From a virus (taxonomy: Duplodnaviria; Caudoviricetes), in IMG/VR virus record IMGVR_UViG_3300020530_000010, positions 1-52,034 of that record: DNA of 52,034 bases; one strand, 5' to 3'. Below the pieces are notes generated by a model that worked only from the letters and a program-made list of their open reading frames with translations, did not search any database and had not been told where the DNA came from. Both the position numbers and the translations under genes were made by a program. Shown one piece after another: positions 29,242-39,433 of the stretch; position 1 is the first letter of the stretch, and every line of letters begins with the position of its first letter.

Positions 29242-29650
29242 TTTGATTTCTCCAATAATCGTCTGAGTCGGAATATTTAAGTGTAACTAGACTAATACCA
29301 TTTAGCTCGCACCAATCTATTTTATCCTGATCTTTTCCTTTTGCAAGCACAAAATCAGATGGGGCTTTGTGAAAAAATGGCGTAAATTCATAGTGCTGTT
29401 GACCATGTACCTCAAATGCTCTTTTTATTTGTGGTATATAGAAATCAAGATATAGCACACCTTTTCTGTATCTTGCTGTGCTGCCGGGGAGTTTAACTTC
29501 TTCTAAAATTCTATAACTATGAAATATCTCTTTTAATAAGTTTCTAGCTCTTAAATGATATTTAGATCTTGGCCTTGTTTCATTGTTAAATACATTATAT
29601 TTAGCTAGGTTCCAAGTATATTCTTTTCCATTGATTCCTTTAACTTTCAT
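29225..29650 (-). CDS. Small DUF559/Vsr-like endonuclease
   Basis: LDFYIP...FEVHGQQH...D..K..WC..NGI. Confidence 0.75.
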   Translation of the reverse strand: MKVKGINGKEYTWNLAKYNVFNNETRPRSKYHLRARNLLKEIFHSYRILEEVKLPGSTARYRKGVLYLDFYIPQIKRAFEVHGQQHYEFTPFFHKAPSDFVLAKGKDQDKIDWCELNGISLVTLKYSDSDDYWRNQIEQSF

Positions 29651-30260
29651 TAGTTTTTTCTCGCTTTAAATAAAACGCATCTCCCCAATTCCCACCATCC
29701 ATAGATGTTTCTAGTCTTATAAATCCTAATGGATACAAGAAATTATCTATGTCTGTCATTTGAGCACAATTTTTATATAAACTTTCTATATTTACTTCAC
29801 ATATTATGTAATCTATATTTTTTAATGTGTTAATACCACCTTTTAATACTTCTAACTCATATCCCTGCACATCCATATTGATCATATTAAATCCAGAAGT
29901 ATCAAATGAATCTAATGTTGCTATTTGAACTTCTTCTTTATCTGGAAATTGTATATGTGGATATTGTTTTAAGTGTATATCTGGCTCAAGTATTGAACTT
30001 GATTGACCCAAATTAGCTGTTTCTATATGCATAGTAGCTATTCCAGAATAATTACCTAACGCAACGTTTATGCATAAATGTTCTGGAACATTACGAATTA
30101 ATTCATTAAAATTATGTTTTACAGGTTCAAAAAATAATAATTTGTTTATATTTAAAGTTTTATATAATTTATACTCTTCGCCAAAATGAGCACCAATATG
30201 CAAAACTCCAGAAATATTAAGTGAATATTTATTTATAAGGCTAAATAAATTTAATAACAT
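29640..30260 (-). CDS. FkbM-family methyltransferase
   Basis: HIGAHFG, FEP, TLD, MDVQGYELEVLKG, WGDAFY. Confidence 0.92.
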   Translation of the reverse strand: MLLNLFSLINKYSLNISGVLHIGAHFGEEYKLYKTLNINKLLFFEPVKHNFNELIRNVPEHLCINVALGNYSGIATMHIETANLGQSSSILEPDIHLKQYPHIQFPDKEEVQIATLDSFDTSGFNMINMDVQGYELEVLKGGINTLKNIDYIICEVNIESLYKNCAQMTDIDNFLYPLGFIRLETSMDGGNWGDAFYLKREKTNES

Positions 30261-30262
30261 GA

Positions 30263-31378
30263 TTATTCCTTATTTAAATCTTTAATATTAGTATATATAA
30301 AATCAGCAAGTTCAGAGTTAGCACTTAAAAATTCTGCTAAATTATTAGAGCCTTGAAACTTAAAGAATTTTTCTATATCTTCTGGATTATTGGATATATT
30401 ATTTTTCTCTAATAAAGACTTTACAGCTGGATGTTCTAAGTTTTCTACAGCACAGGATATTGTATACCAAGCACCACTGGTTTTAATTAGTCTAAACTCA
30501 CAAGCGATTTGAACTATTTCTTGAACTTCATCTATGCCAATTCCATATCTTATCCAGCTTTCTGCTGTGCTATTGGGTCTTCCGCCAGCATTAGATGTTT
30601 TAATAGACCAATTTGCTATTTGCCCAACGTGTGGACCAGTATCTTTAGGTACTTGCCATTTACCCCTATGAGTAATTATCATATTGGTACCAGCCTGATA
30701 TTGTAACATGTTTCCACAATCTGCCATTTTTTGTGGAGCATAAGGAGATCCACCAGTATTTGCTATATTATGTGTTACGCATATCAAAATGATTTTATTC
30801 TTCATTAACGTACCACTTATACGCTTAAAGAACATGGATAATAATCTTGGCAACGCATTTCTTACTCCAGTTCTTACTTCACCCTCTAATTCCTGTGCTG
30901 GAACCATATTGGATAAAGAGTCGGCTATGATTAAACAGTTTGGATCATTATTGATATAGTACTCAATAATATTTAAAAAGTCTTCTGCTGTTAATATTCT
31001 ATCGTCTGTTGATTCTACAATTAAAATCTTATCTGAATCCAGACCCTTGATGCCTTCAAAGTTTTGCTTTGCTAATCTACCTTCTGTATTGATATAGATT
31101 ACTTTCTTGTTTTTCTTTTGGCACTTGGCCGCAAAATGAAGGGCAGTAGTGCTTTTGCCACTTTTGGGATCTCCTGTCATTACCACAACAGAGCCTTCTC
31201 TAATTCCGCCACCAAGAGCAATATCTAACGCTGGAGATACGCCTATAACTTCTAGCTGATTAATGCTTTCTAAAACTTCTGTTCCACTCCTGATAATATC
31301 TCCATACTTGTTAAGTAATGATGATGTCACAGAATCTTGTGAAAATTTCTCTTGCCCACTTTTCTTTTTTGTTTTCAT
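30263..31378 (-). CDS. recA: RecA-like recombinase
   Basis: LDIALGGG, GDPKSGKST, YINTE, IADSL, GAWY. Confidence 0.9.
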   Translation of the reverse strand: MKTKKKSGQEKFSQDSVTSSLLNKYGDIIRSGTEVLESINQLEVIGVSPALDIALGGGIREGSVVVMTGDPKSGKSTTALHFAAKCQKKNKKVIYINTEGRLAKQNFEGIKGLDSDKILIVESTDDRILTAEDFLNIIEYYINNDPNCLIIADSLSNMVPAQELEGEVRTGVRNALPRLLSMFFKRISGTLMKNKIILICVTHNIANTGGSPYAPQKMADCGNMLQYQAGTNMIITHRGKWQVPKDTGPHVGQIANWSIKTSNAGGRPNSTAESWIRYGIGIDEVQEIVQIACEFRLIKTSGAWYTISCAVENLEHPAVKSLLEKNNISNNPEDIEKFFKFQGSNNLAEFLSANSELADFIYTNIKDLNKE

Positions 31379-31890
31379 AGATTCCTCAATTTGTTGATAC
31401 TTGTCTTATGTTTAGAGTATGATTGTGACTGTCTGGCTGTAATATTTTCTTTTATCGGTTGCTGTTCAGTTAATTCTTGATTGTTCTTGGATTGCTTGAT
31501 TTTAATATCATATGCCGATATGACCTTTTCTGCCAATGGATTTATTTTATATCCACGACCATTTTGTATTCCAATAACTAATAACTTATCAAAATCTTTA
31601 GATTTAATAGCTTCTAATATAGCTTCTTCGCTATACTTTTTTTTCAATTGTCTTGCGGCACCAAGCTGCTTTCTCCACAACCAATAATTGGGATCACCTT
31701 TAGTCCAGAACTTATATGCTGGCCTACCTATGTTCAATTTTTCTGCTCGTCTTAAAACAATATATTCTGCCACATACGCTTCAAAAGTGCAATATTCACC
31801 AGTATGTATGTGTTTATATTTGTGAGTTTCTGACCACTCTTTTTGGTATTTCTGATTAAATAGCGTTGGTTTTTTTGGCTCTTTCTCCAT
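31375..31890 (-). CDS. Hypothetical protein
   Basis: 171 aa ORF coupled to recA. Confidence 0.65.
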   Translation of the reverse strand: MEKEPKKPTLFNQKYQKEWSETHKYKHIHTGEYCTFEAYVAEYIVLRRAEKLNIGRPAYKFWTKGDPNYWLWRKQLGAARQLKKKYSEEAILEAIKSKDFDKLLVIGIQNGRGYKINPLAEKVISAYDIKIKQSKNNQELTEQQPIKENITARQSQSYSKHKTSINKLRNL

Positions 31891-32311
31891 GATATATTAT
31901 AGCCTCCTCAAAGCAATTGTCAAGTTCATCAATATAGGAAGATTCTTCTACAAGCTCTGGTGTAATCCACATAGTTTTATGCATTTGATTATTTTTTAAA
32001 TAACCAGTAGTATAACAATGCTTAGTATTTCCACCAAATTCCCCTTTAAGGGATCTAACAATATATATTGCATCAGAATCTTTAGTATCTACAATTATTT
32101 CGTGTGACTTATATCTTAAGCCAATAGCATCAATATTAAAATTGTGAGTTTGAACTAAATTTCTAACTTCTGATAAATTGGCGTAATGCTGTAGGTATAC
32201 ATCTTGTCCATTTGAAAACTTGATATAAATCCATACATTTTTTTTATCTTCTGAATTTAATGTAGAATATACATTTTGCCAATTTTCATACCCATAAACT
32301 AAATTAGACAT
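31856..32311 (-). CDS. Hypothetical protein
   Basis: 151 aa ORF in coupled gene run. Confidence 0.65.
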   Translation of the reverse strand: MSNLVYGYENWQNVYSTLNSEDKKNVWIYIKFSNGQDVYLQHYANLSEVRNLVQTHNFNIDAIGLRYKSHEIIVDTKDSDAIYIVRSLKGEFGGNTKHCYTTGYLKNNQMHKTMWITPELVEESSYIDELDNCFEEAIIYHGERAKKTNAI

Positions 32312-32600
32312 TTTTAATTTTTGTTATACAATCTTTGTGGACAGCGTTCTTATTTTTTTTGATAGCATCTCCCATCATAGAGGCTGTTTCTGTCATTACT
32401 ACTGAGCCTCTTTCATTTCTACCAAAATGGTCGCCAGCTTTAGCAGCAGCAATTTTAGTACCGAAATTATTTTTAATGTATGTTTTTATTGTTGTAACTT
32501 TTCTATCTAATATATCAGCTAATTCTTGCGGATCTTTAATTTTATAATGATGCTCTATATAAAAAGCTTCAACTTGGCTAATTGGTCCTGTTTTAGACAT
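32304..32600 (-). CDS. Hypothetical protein with HTH-like segment
   Basis: PQELADILDRKVTTIKTYI. Confidence 0.55.
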   Translation of the reverse strand: MSKTGPISQVEAFYIEHHYKIKDPQELADILDRKVTTIKTYIKNNFGTKIAAAKAGDHFGRNERGSVVMTETASMMGDAIKKNKNAVHKDCITKIKNV

Positions 32601-32931
32601 TAATATAACTCCTTTGTGCTCTAGTCATATATAATGCGTTTTTAGTCTTTAAATATAACATATAATAGTCAAATACAGACTTGGATACAGATTTTAATTT
32701 TATTTCTAATGTAGCTTCTCTGTGACTGTCTGTTCCTTTGGGATCATATGGAGAATTGTTGTATGTTGCAATTAAATATTTGAGCTGCTTTACTCCATTA
32801 TTTAAAGTAGTTTCTGTGAATTTAGCAAAAACTTTATCTTTTGGTGAGCAAGCATTGCCATTTTTATTAAAAGCTTGTTCTTCTATTGATGGTTGAAAAT
32901 CAGTTTTTGAATATGAGTCAACAAATTTCAT
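32593..32931 (-). CDS. Hypothetical protein
   Basis: 112 aa ORF overlapping both neighbours. Confidence 0.65.
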   Translation of the reverse strand: MKFVDSYSKTDFQPSIEEQAFNKNGNACSPKDKVFAKFTETTLNNGVKQLKYLIATYNNSPYDPKGTDSHREATLEIKLKSVSKSVFDYYMLYLKTKNALYMTRAQRSYINV

Positions 32932-33281
32932 TTTTCACCTGTTATAATATATTTTTTTTGTTGTTCCGGTGTCATCTTATTAATCTCTTTTTTATTTGCT
33001 GAACCAAATTGGTCAAAAAATGATGAGCTTTTTTGTTTGGAATTCTTAGACTTTTCTGTTATTTCAGATCTTTTATAAGAACCCATCTTAGACCAATTAT
33101 TATCAGCTAATTGTCCTATGGTTTTTGCTTCTTTACAGAATGATCCCAACCCACCAGTTATAAGTCTATTTAAAGAATTATTATTGCATTTAGTGCATAG
33201 CGTGATGGGATCATCATGTATAGATTGATAATAATCTACTATCCTATGCCCACAATGTGAGCATTCATAATCATATAACAT
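32928..33281 (-). CDS. FmdB-family zinc-ribbon protein
   Basis: YDYECSHCG...CTKC....LNRLI. Confidence 0.8.
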   Translation of the reverse strand: MLYDYECSHCGHRIVDYYQSIHDDPITLCTKCNNNSLNRLITGGLGSFCKEAKTIGQLADNNWSKMGSYKRSEITEKSKNSKQKSSSFFDQFGSANKKEINKMTPEQQKKYIITGEK

Positions 33282-33284
33282 TAC

Positions 33285-33977
33285 TTATCTTTCTAGTGCC
33301 GCCAAAATGCTTGCTATGATACCATTCCTCTGTATATCATGATAGCCCAATTCGCATATTCCTACACCATGAACATTTTTTAGTCTTTCCACGCAAACAG
33401 ATAATCCTATATTATTATATAAGTCTGTTTGCTTGGTATCGCCATTTATAATCACTTTAGAATTTTGTCCTATACGTGTTATAAACATTTTAATTTGCTC
33501 TAATGTGCAGTTTTGGGCTTCATCTAATATCATATAAGCATTATTAAAAGTAAGACCACGCATTGTTTCTAATGGCTCAAATTTAATTTGACGATTATTG
33601 ATATATAAACCAAGCTTGTCTCTTCCTAGAAAATATTTAAGATTTTCTTCCATTGGTGCTAAATATGGCTTTATTTTTTCACCAATTTCACCAGGAAGAG
33701 AACCTATATCTTTTCCAGAGCAGATTAAAGGTCTAGTTACTATTATGGAATCTATTTTACCTTTAAATAAGTGTTCTGCCGCTATTCCAGCAGCAATGAA
33801 AGACTTGCCCGTACCAGACGGTCCAGTACAGAATGTTACATCATTTTCTATTATAGACTTTATATATTCCTTTTGGTTATTTGTTTTAGCTTCTAGTGGT
33901 GTAACGGTTTGTGCTTTTTTTTCTTTTTGTTTTTGTTTTTTGTTCTTACGCGAGTTGTTATAGTCCGCTGCTTCCAA
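33285..33977 (-). CDS. phoH: PhoH-family ATPase
   Basis: GPSGTGKS, TRP, LPG, MRGLTF, LDEAQN, TRIG, GD..Q.D. Confidence 0.95.
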   Translation of the reverse strand: MEAADYNNSRKNKKQKQKEKKAQTVTPLEAKTNNQKEYIKSIIENDVTFCTGPSGTGKSFIAAGIAAEHLFKGKIDSIIVTRPLICSGKDIGSLPGEIGEKIKPYLAPMEENLKYFLGRDKLGLYINNRQIKFEPLETMRGLTFNNAYMILDEAQNCTLEQIKMFITRIGQNSKVIINGDTKQTDLYNNIGLSVCVERLKNVHGVGICELGYHDIQRNGIIASILAALER

Positions 33978-34386
33978 AGCCGTGTTCTCCCCGCTGCGAA
34001 GAATCTAACGACTCTAAAACGTTTAGATTGACGTTAGGAACTTCTTGGAATATAATCTGAGCGATTCTATCCCCACGATTTATTTCTACAGCATTTACAT
34101 CTGTATTATATAAACAAACCAGGATCTCTCCCCTGTAGCCAGCATCTATAACGCCAGCTAAAACGTCTATACCTTTTTTTACTGATAGTCCAGATCTTGG
34201 CCATATAAGACCGGCTAAATTATCTGGCATTTGTATTGATATGCCAGTATGTACAACTGCTCTTTGCTGTGGCCATATTACAGTATTATTTGTTGCATAT
34301 AAATCCCAACCAGCATCATTATGATTGGTTTTTGTTGGAACTGTCGCAAGTGGATCTAATAGTTTTATACCAATATTTTGTATCAT
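33958..34386 (-). CDS. dut: Trimeric dUTPase
   Basis: AGWDL, PRSG, GVIDAGYRGE, GDRIAQ, RGEHGFGSSG. Confidence 0.97.
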   Translation of the reverse strand: MIQNIGIKLLDPLATVPTKTNHNDAGWDLYATNNTVIWPQQRAVVHTGISIQMPDNLAGLIWPRSGLSVKKGIDVLAGVIDAGYRGEILVCLYNTDVNAVEINRGDRIAQIIFQEVPNVNLNVLESLDSSQRGEHGFGSSGL

Positions 34387-35459
34387 AATATGCCTCCTAA
34401 ATCAATATCTTCTAAATCATTTTTACTGGCACCAATTTTATAAGATGTAATTTCATGTTCTTGTGGAGCGACTTGTACCGCCTCACTGTTCATCCAAGGA
34501 TCTGTCCAGCCAGCTATTGGATTTTTACAACCCTTTTCATATGGTAATCCAATATTTTTTCTTCTTGTCATACATAGCCAGTTGATATATTCGGCCATGA
34601 CTTTTTCATTTAGTCCAATAATAGAGCCATCTTTAAATAAATATTCAGACCACGCCTTTTCTTCCGAAGCGGCAGAATCAAACATTTGACAGGCTTCTTC
34701 TTCGCATTCTTTAGCTATTTCAGTAAATCCTTCTTCTGGTACTGTGTGTAATATTTTAATTATTTCTTGCGTGTTATAAAGATGTAGTGCTTCGTCACGC
34801 TTAATAAGCTTAATAATATCTGCATTGCCAACCATCTTTTTGTTTTCCGCAAAAGCAAAAGCGCATATAAAGGAAACATAAAATCTTACCGCTTCTAAAA
34901 TATTAACACTTATTAGCGTAAGATATATTTGTTTTTTAATGTCTCTTGTTTTGCCAGAAGTAGAAATGTCTCTCAATGTATTATATTCTTTTATTGCAAC
35001 ATTGGCTCGTTTAAGAATTTCTTTATCTGTCAAGCAGCTATCAAGTATTTCACTTGGGTTATTATATACATTCTTAATAATGTAGGTATAACTATAGCTA
35101 TGGATCTGCTCAAAAAACTGCCATACATTCATGCAGGCTTCTAGCTCTGGATTAGAAACATATTGTGTTAAAGTTGGAACGCCCCTACATATAACACTAT
35201 CCATCATTGTCTGGTATTTAAGATTAGAAGTAAATATAAATCTCTCATTGTCAGACATGATTTCATCATTTTTAAAGTCGTTTCTATCCTTCTTTAATTC
35301 TATTTCTTCTGGTCGCCAAAAAAATTCTAATTGCTTTTTATACAAGTCAAAAAATACTGGATACTTAAACTTATCATATCTCTGTAGAGATAAATCTTCG
35401 CCCAAGAATAATGGTTGCGACAAATAGTCTACGTTATTTTTATTCAATATTGTTTTCAT
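34383..35459 (-). CDS. nrdB: Class Ia ribonucleotide reductase beta subunit
   Basis: FWRPEE, EQIHSYSY, LEAVRFYVSF, RDEALH, QVAPQE. Confidence 0.96.
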   Translation of the reverse strand: MKTILNKNNVDYLSQPLFLGEDLSLQRYDKFKYPVFFDLYKKQLEFFWRPEEIELKKDRNDFKNDEIMSDNERFIFTSNLKYQTMMDSVICRGVPTLTQYVSNPELEACMNVWQFFEQIHSYSYTYIIKNVYNNPSEILDSCLTDKEILKRANVAIKEYNTLRDISTSGKTRDIKKQIYLTLISVNILEAVRFYVSFICAFAFAENKKMVGNADIIKLIKRDEALHLYNTQEIIKILHTVPEEGFTEIAKECEEEACQMFDSAASEEKAWSEYLFKDGSIIGLNEKVMAEYINWLCMTRRKNIGLPYEKGCKNPIAGWTDPWMNSEAVQVAPQEHEITSYKIGASKNDLEDIDLGGIL

Positions 35460-35468
35460 CTTTACTCC

Positions 35469-37697
35469 TTATATTGCACAAGAACCAGATTCACATCCAG
35501 AAGATTTTTCTGTTTGTCCATCACCGTCAGGCGTGTTGCAGTAGTAGAAATTTTTAACGCCATATTTAAATCCATATATCTGGTCCTTAATTAATACACT
35601 TAATGGAATATTTCCATCTTGATAATGTGCATAGTTATAATATAAATTTACGCTTATGCTCATGTCTACAAATTTTTGCAAAACAGCACATATATTTAAA
35701 ATAGACTTATTGTCTGTCATATCCCAAGCTAATGAATAATAATTTTTACGAGAAGCATAATTTGGTACTAATTGTTTTAAAACTCCATTTTTAGCTTTCT
35801 TATAAGACATAAGACTGCGAACAGGCTCAATACCATTTGTACTATTCTGTATAACGCTAGAAGATTCGCATGGCATTATAGCGGTTAGTGTAGAATGTCT
35901 TAGCCCGTGAGTTTTAATTCTAGCTCTCAAGCTCTCCCAATCCATAGTATACTCTGGCTTAACCAGTTCGTCAACTGTTTTTTTGTACCAATCTATAGGT
36001 AACAGTCCTTGTGCGTATTTAGTTTCTAAAAATTTATTACATGGACCTAATTTTTCTGCTAATTTACAAGACTCATTCAGTAGGTGCCATTGAATTTTTT
36101 CTATGGTTTGGTGTACAAGCTTTAATGTATTTTCATCGTCATATTTTAATTTATTTTTAGCTAAATATGCTGCGAAATTTGTTATACCAATACCAAGCGA
36201 TCTACGATTTTTTGTGAAGTTTTCTCCAGCAAGAATAGGATAATCTTGATAGTCAATAATTAATTCTAATGTTCTAACGGCTATTGAGCAGGCTTTTTCT
36301 ATATCTTTATCGGATTCTAATTCTAATAAATTTAGTGCTGACAAAATACAAATGCCTATTTCTCCATTTGGATCATCTATTGAATTTATTGGCACAGTTG
36401 GGTGAATAATTTCTTGGCACAAATTTGACATATATACAGGAGCAGCCCAAGACCCATGTTCATTTGCGTTGTCAATATTCATTACATAAATGCGACCAGT
36501 TTCTAGTCTTTCTTTAGCAAAAACTTCTGCCAACTTTCTAGCATTTATCTTTTTCTTCATTTTGATATGTCTACTATTTTCATACTTTTCATATAGCCTT
36601 TTAAAATCTTCATTATTGTTCATAGAGCTATATAAGCCGCCGGTTTCTTCTGGGCTAAATAAAGTGATATCTTCATTCTTTACTAGGCGTTCATAAAAAA
36701 GCTTATTAAATTGAATAGAGTAATCTAGTTTGCGTACTCTATTATCATCTGTTCCTGCGTTATTTTTAAGTGCCACAATATCTTCTATTTCATAATGCCA
36801 AAATGGCACATGCACAGTAGCAGAACCTCCGCGAATGCCATTCTGGCTTGTTGCTTTTACTGTAGATTCAAAAATCTTTAAATATGGTATAACGCCAGTA
36901 TGTATAACTTCCCCTCCGCGAATACTAGAATTAATGGGACGAATTCGACCAATGTTTAAGCCTATTCCTGCTCGTCTTGCTGTATACTTACCAACAGCAT
37001 GAATACTAGAAAAAATAGAATTTAAATTATCTTCAACATCGACTAAAACGCAGCTGGCAAACTGCTTTATTTTTGTTCTAACGCCCGCCATTATTGGTGT
37101 TGGTAGATTGATCTTAAAAGTAGAAAAACACTCATACGCTTCTTTAACTTCTTCTATGGTGTTAAAAAGAGACATTGCTATACAAATGTACGCAAATTGT
37201 GGGGTTTCATATATTTTGTTAGTGAGTCTATTCTTTACTAAATATTTATCAATTAATTGCTGTAGTCCAGCGTATGTAAATAAATAATCACGATCATGAT
37301 CGATAAATTTTTCTATTTGTTCAATTTGCTCTTTAGTATATTTAGCTAAAATAGTACCATCATAAACGTCGCTTTCAATATTGCTTTTTATGTGTTCATA
37401 TAATGAGGGAGGATTGTCGTATCTAGCCCACAAATCTTTTCTCAAAGACATATTCAACAGCTTTGATGCGACATACTGATAATTAGGATTTGATGTAGAT
37501 GTTAAATCATTAGCCGACCTAATCAAAATATGGTGAATTTCTTTGGTGGTTACGCCATCGTGCAAAGAAAGCTTGGCGTTCATTTCGATATCGGAGAAAG
37601 ATACGTTGGTTATTCCATTTGTGGCCCACTCAACGACTTTATGAATCTTTTCAACATTATATGGTTCAGATTGACCATTCCTTTTTTTAACCAACAT
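35469..37697 (-). CDS. nrdA: Class Ia ribonucleotide reductase alpha subunit with ATP cone
   Basis: VKKRNG, ETPQ, QFASC, SNLCQE, C-terminal CESGSC. Confidence 0.97.
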   Translation of the reverse strand: MLVKKRNGQSEPYNVEKIHKVVEWATNGITNVSFSDIEMNAKLSLHDGVTTKEIHHILIRSANDLTSTSNPNYQYVASKLLNMSLRKDLWARYDNPPSLYEHIKSNIESDVYDGTILAKYTKEQIEQIEKFIDHDRDYLFTYAGLQQLIDKYLVKNRLTNKIYETPQFAYICIAMSLFNTIEEVKEAYECFSTFKINLPTPIMAGVRTKIKQFASCVLVDVEDNLNSIFSSIHAVGKYTARRAGIGLNIGRIRPINSSIRGGEVIHTGVIPYLKIFESTVKATSQNGIRGGSATVHVPFWHYEIEDIVALKNNAGTDDNRVRKLDYSIQFNKLFYERLVKNEDITLFSPEETGGLYSSMNNNEDFKRLYEKYENSRHIKMKKKINARKLAEVFAKERLETGRIYVMNIDNANEHGSWAAPVYMSNLCQEIIHPTVPINSIDDPNGEIGICILSALNLLELESDKDIEKACSIAVRTLELIIDYQDYPILAGENFTKNRRSLGIGITNFAAYLAKNKLKYDDENTLKLVHQTIEKIQWHLLNESCKLAEKLGPCNKFLETKYAQGLLPIDWYKKTVDELVKPEYTMDWESLRARIKTHGLRHSTLTAIMPCESSSVIQNSTNGIEPVRSLMSYKKAKNGVLKQLVPNYASRKNYYSLAWDMTDNKSILNICAVLQKFVDMSISVNLYYNYAHYQDGNIPLSVLIKDQIYGFKYGVKNFYYCNTPDGDGQTEKSSGCESGSCAI

Positions 37698-37736
37698 ATA
37701 TATTTCTCCCGCAGTTGTTTATTTTTTAAGCTAAAA

Positions 37737-38363
37737 TCAACTAGTTAATTTAGCAAATATCTTCTCTATAATCCATTTCAATATCACTGGCAATATGACA
37801 TATATAACAATGAAACTGATTACAAAAGACCCGTGCTTTTTCTCTTCTTTTATAGACTCTTTGACAAAATTATAGCAATCCTTTTTTAGCCTTTTGTTGT
37901 TTTTGAAATCTTCTGACGTTACGCCAGAGGAACAGCATATTGTAACCCACTCATCGGCATATTGCAAGCACTTGTCTGCAATTTTTTTTCTTTCATCATC
38001 TGGATATTTTTCATTAATTTCTTCTTTTATGTCATCAAGGGTGAAAGTTTTAGAAGCAAATAATTGCTCAGAATCTTTAGTATAAGAAAATTTTAAATCT
38101 GGAAAATACTTTATTTTAATAGTGCCACCATTTTCGGAGAGAACAATGCCCTGTATCCAGGCTGATATTGTAATAAATTTTTTCCAACTAATATTGGGTA
38201 AACTGTTGTTAAATATTAAAGATACATCTCCGCTTGGATCTTCACCAAACGTCATTTGCAACGGCTGTGGAAATTTAATATTAACATCTTTAAAAGAATA
38301 GCCTGTAGAATCAAATATTTTATTTAGAATTTCTTTAATTTTTTTTAATGGTAATGTCATCAT
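37737..38363 (-). CDS. Hypothetical protein with C-terminal transmembrane helix
   Basis: FVISFIVIYVILPVILKWII. Confidence 0.65.
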   Translation of the reverse strand: MMTLPLKKIKEILNKIFDSTGYSFKDVNIKFPQPLQMTFGEDPSGDVSLIFNNSLPNISWKKFITISAWIQGIVLSENGGTIKIKYFPDLKFSYTKDSEQLFASKTFTLDDIKEEINEKYPDDERKKIADKCLQYADEWVTICCSSGVTSEDFKNNKRLKKDCYNFVKESIKEEKKHGSFVISFIVIYVILPVILKWIIEKIFAKLTS

Positions 38364-38818
38364 TTAATTAATCTCCAAGCTAATCCACCAAAGACATTTT
38401 GTAAAGCCACCTTTTCTTCTGCTGTAATTGTGTGATTATCTTCACCAACTACTGTTTTAAATAAAGTTTTTAATTCTTCTGGAAGAGTGTTATACTTATC
38501 TTTAATAGAATCTTCAAAAAAGTATTTTGCAGCTAAAACGTATATATCATTTATTTTTTGCGTGTCTGTATTGTATTTATTTATTCTTTTGCTAAAACTA
38601 TAATTAAAAACAGCAAGCTTAATTCTATCATCTTTGTTTGTAATAAGTTTACTAATCGGATTTACAATAGCTAGTATTTCATCTGTTGGAGTATCTAAAT
38701 CTAGTTTAATGGCTGGAGTTGGATCAATGGGAACTATATTAGGTATAGTAATTTTTGGACTTACAGCTAATAAAAGTATAGCTATAGCAACCAAATTTAA
38801 TATAGTTTTTTTACTCAT
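38360..38818 (-). CDS. N-anchored or exported helical protein
   Basis: MSKK + hydrophobic helix + Pro-rich linker. Confidence 0.65.
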   Translation of the reverse strand: MSKKTILNLVAIAILLLAVSPKITIPNIVPIDPTPAIKLDLDTPTDEILAIVNPISKLITNKDDRIKLAVFNYSFSKRINKYNTDTQKINDIYVLAAKYFFEDSIKDKYNTLPEELKTLFKTVVGEDNHTITAEEKVALQNVFGGLAWRLIK

Positions 38819-39077
38819 CTTTATCACCATTATTTAATAGAGGAAATACTTCATCTAGCTTTTTGTTAGCGGCACTAAATCCACCCATTATACACATATG
38901 TTTTAGTTTATACCATAAATTTATCATGTGTAAAAAGTCTTTTTCGCTAAAAACTTGTTCATCTTTTTTTCTAAATACTAATTTGCTAATTAAGTATGTA
39001 AAGTCTACATTGACAAATAGTATTAATAGCAATCCTGCTAAGACAAGACCAATCCTTGTGTATAAATCGAGTTCCAT
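38811..39077 (-). CDS. Small single-pass membrane protein
   Basis: IGLVLAGLLLILFV; GAGG RBS. Confidence 0.65.
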   Translation of the reverse strand: MELDLYTRIGLVLAGLLLILFVNVDFTYLISKLVFRKKDEQVFSEKDFLHMINLWYKLKHMCIMGGFSAANKKLDEVFPLLNNGDKDE

Positions 39078-39080
39078 TGT

Positions 39081-39374
39081 TTACCTCTTTAATATCTGTG
39101 TGGTCTTACCGTGATATGGACATTGAGTAGTGTGTCCGTCACCTTGCTTAATTATACCTGTTCCTTTGCATGGGCATTTGGCTACATCTGGATTTGGTCT
39201 AATTATTTCGTCTGGTGTTGGTTGAACATTTAGAATCTTTTCTTCTGCTTTTTCAAAAGCTTGATTGGCTTCTTCAACCATGAAAGACACATCACTAAAA
39301 GCTGAATCTATGTTACAACTATATTGAGTGGCGCATCCGGCAAAAAATATCAAACATAATATTAAATATTTCAT
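39081..39374 (-). CDS. Putative lipoprotein with C-terminal Cys/His cluster
   Basis: MKYLILCLIFFAG|C lipobox; CPCKGTG...GDG...CPYH. Confidence 0.7.
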   Translation of the reverse strand: MKYLILCLIFFAGCATQYSCNIDSAFSDVSFMVEEANQAFEKAEEKILNVQPTPDEIIRPNPDVAKCPCKGTGIIKQGDGHTTQCPYHGKTTQILKR

Positions 39375-39410
39375 TTTTACCTTTCTTATTATTTGGGCTA
39401 AAGCCACTAT

Positions 39411-39419
39411 ATTATACAC
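39411..39419 (-). promoter_or_regulatory. Candidate late promoter GTGTATAAT
   Basis: Intergenic, 36 nt upstream of ATG 39374. Confidence 0.5.
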
Positions 39420-39433
39420 TGGAAAAGCTTCTT

